Assembly (NCBI GenBank): GCA_905182885.1
Contig: CAJJCW010000001.1
Coordinates: 439,256 to 503,255 of the forward strand
Direction of reading: 5' to 3'
From: SAR86 cluster bacterium SAR86B
Lineage (GTDB): Bacteria > Pseudomonadota > Gammaproteobacteria > Magnimaribacterales > D2472
Length of the DNA: 64,000 nucleotides
How positions within the stretch are numbered: position 1 is the first letter of the stretch; each line of letters starts with the position of its first letter. A program made the translations under genes and the position numbers. The notes below the pieces were generated by a model. It searched no databases. It had not been told where the DNA came from and was given only the letters and a program-made list of their open reading frames with translations. Shown in pieces: positions 50,723-60,066 of this stretch.

Positions 50723-51627
50723 TATTCTAATATTATTAAATGAGCATCATTTGAAATGAAATCATCTGCTAGTGAATGAATATCTTTTGTTAAATTCTCA
50801 TGACTAGATTTGATCTCTCTGTAAATTTCTTTTTGACCATTTTGTGAAAGCACTTTTGCCGATATATTAATCCAATGAGCTTCTTCCTTGCAAATAATAG
50901 CAATCGGAGAAAGGCAAGAGCCATTCAAAGAAGCTACAAATTCCCTTTCTGCATTAGCCAAAGCCATCTCTGAAGAATTATTTATGCTATTCATAATAGA
51001 GATAATTTTCTTATTTGATTTGAGACATTCAACCCCAATAAATCCTTGTGATGCTGCTGGAAGCATCTCTTGCATTGAAAATTCATAAGCATTGGTTAAT
51101 TCAATATTTAGTCGATTAAGCGCAGCCTTTGCAACTATCAGGCCATCAAAATGCCCTTCGTGTAATTTTCTAATCCTTGTAGCTATATTGCCTCTTACAG
51201 GGATTATATTAAGGTCCGTTCTCGCTCTAAGAATTTGAGCTTTTCTTCTTGGACTTGAAGTTCCGATTGAAGCGTTGCTGGAAAAATCTGTAAGACTAGA
51301 TCCATTTCTTGATAGTAGTACATCCGAAGGGTCCTCCCTTTCAAAAATAGCTGCTATGGAATACTTCATATCTATTTTTGCTGGCACATCCTTAAGGCTG
51401 TGCACTGCTATGTCGGCTTCACCGGTCTCTAATGCGGATTCTAGTTTTGTCACAAACAAACCTTTGCCGCCAATTTCATGGAGAGGCTTTTCTGTTTGAT
51501 CTCCTTCAGAAGTCATAGGAACTAACTCTACCTCAACCTCAGCATGCTGTATTTGAATTTTATTCATTACATAATTGGCTTGAAAGAGCGCAAGTTCAGA
51601 TTGTCTGGTAGCTAGTTTAATTTTCAT
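50722..51627 (-). CDS. hemC: Hydroxymethylbilane synthase (porphobilinogen deaminase)
   Basis: 301 aa with the N-terminal IKLATRQSELALFQA, HSLKDVP, and a cofactor-binding Cys in LNGSCLSPIA. Confidence 0.93.
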   Translation of the reverse strand: MKIKLATRQSELALFQANYVMNKIQIQHAEVEVELVPMTSEGDQTEKPLHEIGGKGLFVTKLESALETGEADIAVHSLKDVPAKIDMKYSIAAIFEREDPSDVLLSRNGSSLTDFSSNASIGTSSPRRKAQILRARTDLNIIPVRGNIATRIRKLHEGHFDGLIVAKAALNRLNIELTNAYEFSMQEMLPAASQGFIGVECLKSNKKIISIMNSINNSSEMALANAEREFVASLNGSCLSPIAIICKEEAHWINISAKVLSQNGQKEIYREIKSSHENLTKDIHSLADDFISNDAHLIILE

Positions 51628-52177
51628 TTATCTTAAGTAATAGAGCTTTAACATCTCCAACAGATTTTTCCTTGAGTACCTCTAAAGATGTAGGTATTTC
51701 TATATCAGTATATTTGCTGTATTCAAGATAAATTTTACATGAAGGCTTTAAGTTACCTTTTTTAATTAGAAGATTAAGCATCTTTAATTCATATTCTTTA
51801 TTAAAAGGAGGATCAAGAAAGATAAAATCAAACTCTGAAAGATCTCCCTGTCTTATCCATGTAAAAGCATCCTTAAAGAGAACTTTAGCCGAAGCTTTGA
51901 GATCAAGTGATTTAATATTTGCAGCTATTAAGGTGTAATTGGTTTTATTTAGTTCGACAAATATAACTTTCTTTGCATCTCTAGACAGAGCCTCAATTCC
52001 AAGAGACCCAGTTCCAGCAAAGAGATCTAAGCAATTAGAATTAGATATCTCAAACTGCAACCAGTTAAAGAGTATTTCTTTCAATTTATTTGATGTAGGT
52101 CTAAGAGTATCTTTATATTCAAAAGGAATCTTTTTTCCTCTTAAATTTCCGCCTGAGATTCGTATGTTATTTTTCAT
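51617..52177 (-). CDS. rsmD: 16S rRNA (guanine966-N2)-methyltransferase RsmD
   Basis: 186 aa with IRISGGNLRGKKI, DLFAGTGSLGIEALSR and FLDPPF. Confidence 0.85.
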   Translation of the reverse strand: MKNNIRISGGNLRGKKIPFEYKDTLRPTSNKLKEILFNWLQFEISNSNCLDLFAGTGSLGIEALSRDAKKVIFVELNKTNYTLIAANIKSLDLKASAKVLFKDAFTWIRQGDLSEFDFIFLDPPFNKEYELKMLNLLIKKGNLKPSCKIYLEYSKYTDIEIPTSLEVLKEKSVGDVKALLLKINEN

Positions 52178-52234
52178 CTGTATCTATATATTTTGGCAGT
52201 ACTATTTATATTTCCTTTCAGTATAATTCATTAC

Positions 52235-52699
52235 ATGACAATACAAGATAACTTTAGAACAGCTATGAGAAATTACATCTACTCAGTAAGTGTAATGTCA
52301 ATGATGGATACTGATGGAACTCCTTATGCAATAACAGTTTCTTCAGTAACATCAATATCCATGGAGCCACCAAGCTTGCTAGTCTGTATTAATAAAAGCG
52401 CAAGAGTGCATGATTCAATAAAAGAAGGATCTGATTTATGTATTAACCTACTAACAAAAGATCAAGAAGAAATTTCAAACACTTGCTCAAGCGAATCTCA
52501 ATTTGATAAAAGATTTGATGATAAAAACTGGAATATGCAAAATATTCCCTATTTAGAGAATGCTCAAGCGAATATTTTCTGTAAAGTGGACAAGCTAATT
52601 TCTTATCACACTCATTCTATAGTGATAGCCCATGTATTAGATGCTAGTAGTAAAGAAAGCATGAATACATTAGTCTATGCTAATGGTAAATATGCATAA
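52235..52699 (+). CDS. Flavin reductase-like (FMN-binding split-barrel) protein
   Basis: The pattern FRTAMRNYIYSVSVMS...AITVSSVTSISMEPPSLLVCINK is typical of the flavin reductase domain. I prefer the ATG at 52235 over the track start at 52193. Confidence 0.7.
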   Translation: MTIQDNFRTAMRNYIYSVSVMSMMDTDGTPYAITVSSVTSISMEPPSLLVCINKSARVHDSIKEGSDLCINLLTKDQEEISNTCSSESQFDKRFDDKNWNMQNIPYLENAQANIFCKVDKLISYHTHSIVIAHVLDASSKESMNTLVYANGKYA

Positions 52700-53159
52700 A
52701 TCTTTATTAATTCTTTTGACCTCCATAATAAGCTCAGCTATTTATAGTTCTGATCATGCACATTCAGAATCTAATAAAGTACAGTGCGCTAATAATTCAG
52801 AGGTTTTTCTTGTATCGCCAAAAAATGGTTTTAAAACAACTTTGTCAGAAGTCAAAGTTATTTTTGGATCTCGTAATGTTGACATTACTCCAGCTGGAAA
52901 AATAGTAGAGTCCTCAGATTGCTCCATAACTTCGGGGCATCACCATTTAATCATTGATAGCGCTTTACCAAACCTTAAAAGACCAATTCCATCTTCAAAA
53001 AGCTACATTCATTTTGGTGGCGGACAGACTGAAGCAATAATCTCCTTAGACCCAGGCAAGTATTCTCTTCAACTGTTATTAGGTGATTATGCTCATGTTC
53101 CTCATGAGAAACCAGTTTTCTCGGAGATAATAGAAATAGAAGTTCTTAGCTCTCAATAA
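52692..53159 (+). CDS. Secreted DUF4399-like protein
   Basis: It has a signal peptide, and the GHHHLIID motif resembles DUF4399 as I recall it. The ATG at 52692 overlaps the previous stop (ATGCATAA). Confidence 0.5.
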   Translation: MHKSLLILLTSIISSAIYSSDHAHSESNKVQCANNSEVFLVSPKNGFKTTLSEVKVIFGSRNVDITPAGKIVESSDCSITSGHHHLIIDSALPNLKRPIPSSKSYIHFGGGQTEAIISLDPGKYSLQLLLGDYAHVPHEKPVFSEIIEIEVLSSQ

Positions 53160-53201
53160 TTCCAGTAAGTACTCTTTCTAGATAGGCTGGTAGATCGGAG
53201 C

Positions 53202-53762
53202 TTATTCTTCTTGTAGTGCCCATAGGACCAAATTCTTTAGCGTAAACGTCACCTCAGTTATCGATTGTTTTCTAAGGATGCCAACCATCCCATGAAGCAA
53301 AGCCCATACAGTTATGGATTTCCCAGCAAGAATATCTTCATCTTTATCTTTTAGGAATGAAGAAAGGTTGAGCACTAAACTTTCAAAGGTCTTGTTTGCG
53401 GTCTCTACTAATTCAGGATGCTGTGAAAAATCACCAACAGCCGTTCCAAACATCAAATCATAGGTATTTGCATTTTGTAAACCAAAATCAATATAGTTTT
53501 TAGAAGACTGAATAAAATCTTTAAGAGTTAATTTATCTGATTCGACAAATACAGCTTTATAAAGTTTGTTAAAGCCCTCTGCAGCAACTGCCGCATAAAC
53601 CTCTTCTTTTGTTTTAAAATGTCTATAAGGAGCTGTTTGAGAAACATTACTTTCTTTTGCTAGAGATCGAATGCTTAACTTGGTATATCCATCTCTTTCA
53701 CATATAGTGCAAGCATACTTTATAAGCTCTTCTTTTAAATTCCCGTGATGATATGATTTCAT
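53202..53762 (-). CDS. TetR/AcrR-family transcriptional repressor (C-terminus possibly frameshifted)
   Basis: 186 aa with the N-terminal HTH SIRSLAKESNVSQTAPYRHFKTKEEV. It is divergent from the RND pump genes. An alternative open frame (..AKEFGPMGTTRRISSDLPAYLERVLTGIIES*) continues to ~53146. Confidence 0.85.
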   Translation of the reverse strand: MKSYHHGNLKEELIKYACTICERDGYTKLSIRSLAKESNVSQTAPYRHFKTKEEVYAAVAAEGFNKLYKAVFVESDKLTLKDFIQSSKNYIDFGLQNANTYDLMFGTAVGDFSQHPELVETANKTFESLVLNLSSFLKDKDEDILAGKSITVWALLHGMVGILRKQSITEVTFTLKNLVLWALQEE

Positions 53763-53805
53763 TTATACCTTTTACTTTAAACAATAATAACATTTATAGT
53801 TAATA

Positions 53806-53853
53806 ATGTTGACACTGCATACATTTTAGTTAAGATGTTTACACTGCAAACAT
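53806..53853. promoter_or_regulatory. Two tandem 19-bp operator-like repeats overlapping a candidate pump promoter
   Basis: The repeats are ATGTTGACACTGCATACAT (53806-53824) and ATGTTTACACTGCAAACAT (53835-53853), with starts 29 bp apart. TTGACA (53809-53814), a 16-nt spacer and TAAGAT (53831-53836) look like a sigma70 promoter reading toward the MFP gene. Confidence 0.6.
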
Positions 53854-53888
53854 TAATTTCTTTGAGGATTAAAGTCAACAAAAATAAA

Positions 53889-54869
53889 ATGAATATAAAT
53901 CTTTCAAAATATATAAATCTAATTTTTATTAGCATCTCTTTTAGCTCTTCAGTTTCTGCTTTAGAGGTTTTAGAAGTCAAAATGCTTAATGAGTACTCTG
54001 TAACTAGAGAGTTTCCTGGTAAATTACTTCCAATAGAGCAATCTAAATTAGCTTTTGAAATCCCAGGCAAGATTAGATCCATAAATGTCGATATTGGCGA
54101 TTCGGTTATTAAAGGGCAAGTTCTTGCCAGCCTAGATAGCAGAGAAGCTCAGGCTCAATTAAATCAAGCTAAAGCTAGATATGATTTGTCTGCCCAGGTA
54201 TTAAATAGATATAAAGACTTAAGGTCACAGGGGCATATATCCTCTCAAGATTTAGATAAGGCTAGTTCTGAAGAGTTAGTTTCTAAATCTCAATATGATT
54301 TTTACAAAGTAAAGCTTGAGCAAACCCAATTGCTGGCACCTTTCAATGGAATTATCCAGGATAGATATTTAGATACAGGATCGGTAATAAATGGAGGAGT
54401 TCCAATTTTAGAGGTTCTAGACTCTAGATATATAGAAGCTCACGTATCCATACCTACTGACTATATATCAAAGATTAATGTTGGAGAGAGTTACGATTTT
54501 AAAGTTGAAGATAGTCTAGTCAAAGCAAAACTTCAAAGGTTAGCTCCAATGTCTCCTGGAGGCTCGAGTAATAGATTAGCAATTTTCAGATTTAATACCT
54601 TTTTTAGCCCAGGCTCTATAGTCACATTAAAAATGAGCATAAAAGAGAGCCAAAGAGGTACTTGGGTTCCAATCAAATCGTTATCACAATCAGAGCAAGG
54701 CATTTGGGCTATTTATACTATTAATGAAAAAAGAATAGTTACTAGAGATTTGGTCAATATTATTTACTATGAAGATGAATATGCATTTGTTAACGGCACT
54801 TTAAATAATGGTGATTTGGTTGTTCTAGGTGGAGCTAAAAAAACCATTGAAGGTAAGTTCATAGATTAA
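53889..54869 (+). CDS. RND efflux pump periplasmic adaptor (membrane fusion protein)
   Basis: ATG at 53889 (MNINLSKYINLIFISISFSSSVSA signal/anchor). It has lipoyl-like and coiled-coil hairpin regions (EAQAQLNQAKARYDL...) and a beta-barrel domain. It is followed by the RND gene 2 nt later. Confidence 0.85.
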   Translation: MNINLSKYINLIFISISFSSSVSALEVLEVKMLNEYSVTREFPGKLLPIEQSKLAFEIPGKIRSINVDIGDSVIKGQVLASLDSREAQAQLNQAKARYDLSAQVLNRYKDLRSQGHISSQDLDKASSEELVSKSQYDFYKVKLEQTQLLAPFNGIIQDRYLDTGSVINGGVPILEVLDSRYIEAHVSIPTDYISKINVGESYDFKVEDSLVKAKLQRLAPMSPGGSSNRLAIFRFNTFFSPGSIVTLKMSIKESQRGTWVPIKSLSQSEQGIWAIYTINEKRIVTRDLVNIIYYEDEYAFVNGTLNNGDLVVLGGAKKTIEGKFID

Positions 54870-54871
54870 TA

Positions 54872-57800
54872 ATGAAATTTATAACTCTTTTCATAGAAAG
54901 ACCTAGAATATTATTTCTAACTCTCTCTTTTATTCTTCTAGCGGGAATTTCTTCAGTTTTATCTGTGCCTATTCAAGAAAATCCAGAGTTAGCTCAAAGA
55001 TGGGGAGGCGTTCGAGTTTTTTATCCAGGCGCATCACCTGAAAGAATTGAGACCCAAGTAATAAATGACCTAGAAGTAAAGTTAAGGGAAGTTGAAGAAA
55101 TTTTAGAGCTAGAATCGATCATCTCCCAAGGTTTCGCAACTGTTGTTGTTGAGTTTGAGCAAAGTGTAGATCCAGAGCTTATAGAGCAAACATGGTCGAA
55201 AGTTCAAGATAAGCTAGATCAAATTAGAGCTCCCCCTGGAGCAACCATACTTCTTGACAGAAGCAGCGGACCCCCTATAACGGTTCAATATGCTATATCT
55301 TGGAATGGTGAAGGTGAGATACCTTTAATCATGATGTCCAGACTAGCAGATCAATTAAAGAGAAAGTTAAGTTCAATAGGACAGTCTCATGGAACGGCTA
55401 TTTTTGGAGCTGCAGAGGAAGAAGTACTAATCGAAGTAAATTCAGCAAAGATGTCATCTTTAGGACTCACCTATCAAGATATTTCAAGAGCAATACAATC
55501 CTTGGATAGCAAAAAACCTGTTGGAGTTTCATCAGACGTAAACTCAGAATTCTTAATTAGGCTAAAAGATAATATTCAAAGTATTCAAAAGATTTCAGAA
55601 ATACCAATAAAGGTTATTAATGAGGCAGAAATAATCCAGTTAAAAGATATTGCAGAGATATCAAAAAAACCAGTTTCTCCAATCGAAGACATTTTTTTAT
55701 ATAACGGGCGAGTTGTTGTATCGGTAGCTGCAACAGGGGCAATGTCTCAAAGGGTGCAAGACTTTGTTAGCAGAGCGACATTGGTTGTTGATGAAATGAG
55801 ATCAACCATTCCCGAAGAGATTTCAATAGATCTGATTTACGATGAGTCTGCATATACTTCGAAAAAGTTTAATGAGCTTATTAAAAGTTTTTCATTGGCT
55901 ATATTCTTCGTCTTAGGATTGAGTTTATTTTTCTTAGGGCCAAGGTCTGCATTAATTGTAACGTTAATTCTTCCTTTTTCTATTTGCCTGGTGTTAGTGG
56001 GATGTAAATTTATTGGCTTGCCTTTGCACCAGACGTCAATTACAGGAATTATTATTGCTTTAGGTTTATTGATTGATAACGGCATTATTGTTGTAGAGGA
56101 TTACAAGTATAGAAGGTCATTAGGCCTGCCTATAAATGATGCAATTTCTGAGACTTTAAAACATCTCATAACGCCATTGGCAGCAGCTACCGGCACTACC
56201 GTATTTTCATTCCTTCCTATTGTGACAGGAGAGGGCTCAAGTATTGAGTTCGTTGGCGGTCTTGCTATTACTGTAATTTTGTCAATTATATCTTCCCTGG
56301 TTTTAGCACTCTTGATGGTTCCTGTGCTGATGAGTTATATGGAAAAAATACCCTACTTTCAGAATGTTGATATCGCCAAAGAAGGCTATAGAAATGAGAA
56401 GATTCTTAATAAATACAGAAAATTCCTAACTTGGGCTTTCGCAATACCCAGAAGAGCAATTCTTATTTCAATAACATTCCCAGTTTTAGGATTTATGCTT
56501 TTTAGCACACTGCCCAAAGATTTTTTCCCTTCACAAGATAGAGACATGTTCAGGGTAAATATAGAATTGCCGTCAAATGCCTCTTCCTCACAAACCTTAG
56601 AAAAGTCAAAGTTGATAAGACAGCAATTAATAGACAGCAATCTAATAGAGATAGAAAAGGACTATTGGTTTATTGGCAGAAGAATGCCTAGGGTATTGAT
56701 GAATGTAGTGGGTGGTGAAGAAAAACAAGGTTCCAATAATGTTGCCCAATCCGTTTTTTATGCTAAAGATTTTAATCAAATGGTCAAAAATCTACCTGAA
56801 CTTTCGAGGAAGCTAGTTTCAAAAAATCCAGATACTATAATTATTGTTGATAGTTTCACTTCAGGGCCACCTGTATTCTCTGACATTAGCTATAAAATTT
56901 TTGGTGATGACCCTGATGTATTACTGCAGTTAGGTGAGGAGCTTGAGCTTATTATCAATAACGCTCCTGGAATCAGCACAACAATATCAGACTCCTCGCA
57001 ATCAAATACAAATATTGAGTTTGAGCTAGATAGTTCTAGTATTTCTCTATCAGGAAGAGATGCCAGTGCTTTGGTGGGAGAGTTATACGCAGCTAATAAT
57101 GGGATAATAGTAGGAACAATGCTGGATTCTAATAAAGAGATTCCAATTAGGCTCAAGGGGATCACTAACTCTAAAAATATAACTGGTAATACTGGGTTTT
57201 TAACCATCCCTTCAAGCGGAGGGATAGAATATCTAGATAGCTTTGGAAAAACTTCATTGGTTAATAAAATCTCAACTATCACAAGGCTAGACGGCAAAAG
57301 GGTAAATAATATTGAGGGATGGGTTTGGACTGGATCGCTTACTACGTCTACAGAGAACTTTGTTAAAGATAGAATTAAAGAATTCGAATCAAACTTGCCT
57401 ATTGGGTTTACTCTAAAACAAGCTGGTGAAGCAGAATCTAGGAATGAATCTCAAGCTTCTTTACTTTCCTCTACTTTTGTATTTTTGATATTAATAATTG
57501 TTGGTCTAGTCTTTGCATTAAATTCATTTAGAGAAACCGGGCTTATTTTATCTGTTGCCATCCTGTCAATGGGGCTATCTTTCTTGGGATTATTCGTTGG
57601 CCAGCAAAATTTTGGTTTTATAGCAGCAGTTGGAGCTGTAGGGTTAATTGGCTTATCAATTAATGACTCTATTATCGTGCTGTCTCATATAAAAGAAGAG
57701 GTAGAAAAAAAATCAACCTCAAAGGCTGAAATAGTAGAGATTGTTATCAGGTCAACTAGACATATTATAACTACCTCACTTACAACGCTTGGAGGCTTCG

Positions 57801-57934
57801 TTCCCTTAATGTTTACTAGTGTTTTCTTTAGGCCTCTCGCCTGGGGAATGAGTATTGGAGTTCTAGGTGCAACTATGACAGCTTTGCTTTATATACCAGC
57901 TATGTATATGGTCATGAAGAGAATTAAATACTAG
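54872..57934 (+). CDS. RND-family inner-membrane efflux transporter (AcrB/AcrD/AcrF family)
   Basis: 1020 aa with a 12-TM pseudo-duplicated architecture and two large periplasmic loops. Conserved TM4-region sequence GLLIDNGIIVVE is present. Confidence 0.9.
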   Translation: MKFITLFIERPRILFLTLSFILLAGISSVLSVPIQENPELAQRWGGVRVFYPGASPERIETQVINDLEVKLREVEEILELESIISQGFATVVVEFEQSVDPELIEQTWSKVQDKLDQIRAPPGATILLDRSSGPPITVQYAISWNGEGEIPLIMMSRLADQLKRKLSSIGQSHGTAIFGAAEEEVLIEVNSAKMSSLGLTYQDISRAIQSLDSKKPVGVSSDVNSEFLIRLKDNIQSIQKISEIPIKVINEAEIIQLKDIAEISKKPVSPIEDIFLYNGRVVVSVAATGAMSQRVQDFVSRATLVVDEMRSTIPEEISIDLIYDESAYTSKKFNELIKSFSLAIFFVLGLSLFFLGPRSALIVTLILPFSICLVLVGCKFIGLPLHQTSITGIIIALGLLIDNGIIVVEDYKYRRSLGLPINDAISETLKHLITPLAAATGTTVFSFLPIVTGEGSSIEFVGGLAITVILSIISSLVLALLMVPVLMSYMEKIPYFQNVDIAKEGYRNEKILNKYRKFLTWAFAIPRRAILISITFPVLGFMLFSTLPKDFFPSQDRDMFRVNIELPSNASSSQTLEKSKLIRQQLIDSNLIEIEKDYWFIGRRMPRVLMNVVGGEEKQGSNNVAQSVFYAKDFNQMVKNLPELSRKLVSKNPDTIIIVDSFTSGPPVFSDISYKIFGDDPDVLLQLGEELELIINNAPGISTTISDSSQSNTNIEFELDSSSISLSGRDASALVGELYAANNGIIVGTMLDSNKEIPIRLKGITNSKNITGNTGFLTIPSSGGIEYLDSFGKTSLVNKISTITRLDGKRVNNIEGWVWTGSLTTSTENFVKDRIKEFESNLPIGFTLKQAGEAESRNESQASLLSSTFVFLILIIVGLVFALNSFRETGLILSVAILSMGLSFLGLFVGQQNFGFIAAVGAVGLIGLSINDSIIVLSHIKEEVEKKSTSKAEIVEIVIRSTRHIITTSLTTLGGFVPLMFTSVFFRPLAWGMSIGVLGATMTALLYIPAMYMVMKRIKY

Positions 57935-58139
57935 AGCAATTTTTAGAACAGTAACTTGCACCATATTTCTTTACGACAAGAGATTCATGCACCTGAGTTC
58001 CGCATTCAGAGCAAGCAATCATTTGATCAAGCTTTTTCTCTTTAGGAGATATCAGTGATCGCATATAAGACCTAGCAACAGCTACCAATATAAAAATTAT
58101 AAGAATAATAAATAAAGGAAATAACTTTAAAAAAAGCAT
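57924..58139 (-). CDS. Small membrane-anchored zinc-ribbon protein (PP0621-like)
   Basis: 71 aa with an N-terminal TM helix, then CSECG...YCSKNC (a CxxC...CxxxC pair). It lies downstream of bamD, and its 3' end overlaps the RND 3' end by 11 nt. Confidence 0.45.
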   Translation of the reverse strand: MLFLKLFPLFIILIIFILVAVARSYMRSLISPKEKKLDQMIACSECGTQVHESLVVKKYGASYCSKNCSSI

Positions 58140-58143
58140 TTAT

Positions 58144-58974
58144 TTAGTCACTTGGGATTGGCTTTGTATCTTTTAAGAAATTCCAAGACCAATTACTGGT
58201 TTCATTTATGCTTTGGGATTCTTGATCAGAGTAATTAAGAGATATGACCTTAACCACGCCATCAAGAAGTTCTGAATACCCAAGAGCCTGATAGGATGCT
58301 TCTAATATTTTTAGCGCTCTAAAGTTTTCACTTGAATTAGGGATATTTTCAATAACATAATTAGCTCTTCGGATTGCCGCAACATAAGCATTAACGGTAA
58401 CGTAGTAATCGGCAGCAGCTAGCTCATTCCTGGCAATCATATTTCTTAAGTAAACATTTCTTTGTTTTGCGTAAGGTGCATATTGGCTATCAGGAAATCT
58501 AGTTAAGAACTCTGAAAATTCAGAAAAAGATTCCTTTGCCCCAGAAATATCCCTATTTGATAGATCGGTGTCCGTTAGTCTGGAAATAAAACTACTATCT
58601 CTGGTATAACTTGAAAGACCTTTCATGAAATAAGCATAGTCAATATTCGGATGTCTAGGATGAAGCCTAATAAATTTTTCTGCTGCCGAATGAGTAGCTT
58701 CAGTTTCTGAATTCATGAAGTGAGCATATATAAGTTCAACTTGGGCCTGCTCGGCATATTTTCCAAAAGGGTATCTTGATTCAATTGCCTCCAAGGCTTC
58801 TATTGCACCAAAGAAATTGCTAGATAACATTCTTCTTTGGGCTCGATCGTAATATATTTTTTCAGGCTCTTCTATTTCAGGACCATCAGAATTACAACCT
58901 ATCAATAAAGTAGCTACAATAGGCACTACTAATAATAATTTTAAAATTTGTTTACTATGTTTCATTATTTGCAT
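58144..58974 (-). CDS. bamD: Outer-membrane protein assembly factor BamD
   Basis: 276 aa with a lipobox LLIGCNS and TPR-like repeats. It has the conserved divergent bamD/rluD arrangement. Confidence 0.85.
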   Translation of the reverse strand: MQIMKHSKQILKLLLVVPIVATLLIGCNSDGPEIEEPEKIYYDRAQRRMLSSNFFGAIEALEAIESRYPFGKYAEQAQVELIYAHFMNSETEATHSAAEKFIRLHPRHPNIDYAYFMKGLSSYTRDSSFISRLTDTDLSNRDISGAKESFSEFSEFLTRFPDSQYAPYAKQRNVYLRNMIARNELAAADYYVTVNAYVAAIRRANYVIENIPNSSENFRALKILEASYQALGYSELLDGVVKVISLNYSDQESQSINETSNWSWNFLKDTKPIPSD

Positions 58975-59045
58975 ATTTTACCTTCATTATTCTAACTTAA
59001 CCTTTAAAACATCTATTTAGATTATTTTTTTTTAAAAAAGTTCAT

Positions 59046-59981
59046 ATGACAACAACAAAAAAAGTTCCAATTGAATTATCAGGCCAAAGACTCGACAAGG
59101 CATCGGCTGAATTATTCTCAGATTTTTCTAGAACTCAAATTAAAAAATGGATTGTTGATGGAAGAATATTAGTAAATGGCGATCTAGGACAACCTAAAGA
59201 ATCTGTGCAAGAAGATGATGAAATTGAAATAAACCCCATAGAAGAAAGAAAGGTGTCATGGGATGCTCAAGATATACCATTTGGTATTTTTCATGAAACA
59301 GAAGACTTTATTATCATTGACAAACCAGCTGGCCTTGTAATGCATCCAGGTTCTGGATGTTTTGATGGAACCTTGGCAAATGGACTCATCAATAAATTTC
59401 CTGAATTAGCTAATTTACCAAGGAGTGGAATAGTTCATAGGCTTGATAAAGGTACTTCAGGAATTTTACTGGTTGCAAGAAATGACCAGTTCCGCAACTA
59501 TTTTATCAATGAAATGCACGAAAGAAGAATTACTAAAAAATATACTGCCATCGTCTCAGGTTCCACTATAGGGAGCTTCCCAATTGATGCAGCAATAGGG
59601 AGAGATAAGAATAATAGAACTAAAATGTGTATCAGGCTTGATGGTAAAGAGGCTATTACATTTGTTAAGTTAAAAGAGAGAATAGGGAATTATTCTGTTC
59701 TTGATGTCACCATTGAGACAGGCAGAACCCATCAAATTAGAGTACATTTGGCATCAAAGAAATTACCAATTATCGGTGATCGAACATACGATGCTGGCAA
59801 AACGATTGCTAAAGGGAGTTCGAAGGAGCTTATAGCTGTTATAAGAGGCTTTTCAAGAACTGCTCTTCACGCAAGACTTCTATCTTTTGTCTGCAATAAA
59901 TCTGGTGAGGAGCTTTCATTTGAAATTCCAACACCTAGCGATATGCAGAATCTAGTAGTTGATATTAAAAACTATACATAA
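59046..59981 (+). CDS. rluD: 23S rRNA pseudouridine synthase RluD
   Basis: 311 aa with an S4 domain and then an RluA-family core containing HRLDKGTSGILL (catalytic Asp). Confidence 0.9.
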   Translation: MTTTKKVPIELSGQRLDKASAELFSDFSRTQIKKWIVDGRILVNGDLGQPKESVQEDDEIEINPIEERKVSWDAQDIPFGIFHETEDFIIIDKPAGLVMHPGSGCFDGTLANGLINKFPELANLPRSGIVHRLDKGTSGILLVARNDQFRNYFINEMHERRITKKYTAIVSGSTIGSFPIDAAIGRDKNNRTKMCIRLDGKEAITFVKLKERIGNYSVLDVTIETGRTHQIRVHLASKKLPIIGDRTYDAGKTIAKGSSKELIAVIRGFSRTALHARLLSFVCNKSGEELSFEIPTPSDMQNLVVDIKNYT

Positions 59982-60066
59982 CCTGGCTATAAAAAAACCA
60001 ATAAAAACTTGTTTTTTGACCTATAAAATAATATAAACCTTATTCCTATACGTTTTTGGTAAAAAA

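Noticed and set aside
53777-54082. A 101-aa minus-strand ORF, and the track's 53835 start for the adaptor gene
   Set aside because: The minus ORF is antisense to the adaptor gene and covers the operator/promoter region. The ATG at 53835 lies inside operator copy 2. The ATG at 53889 gives a proper signal/anchor sequence.
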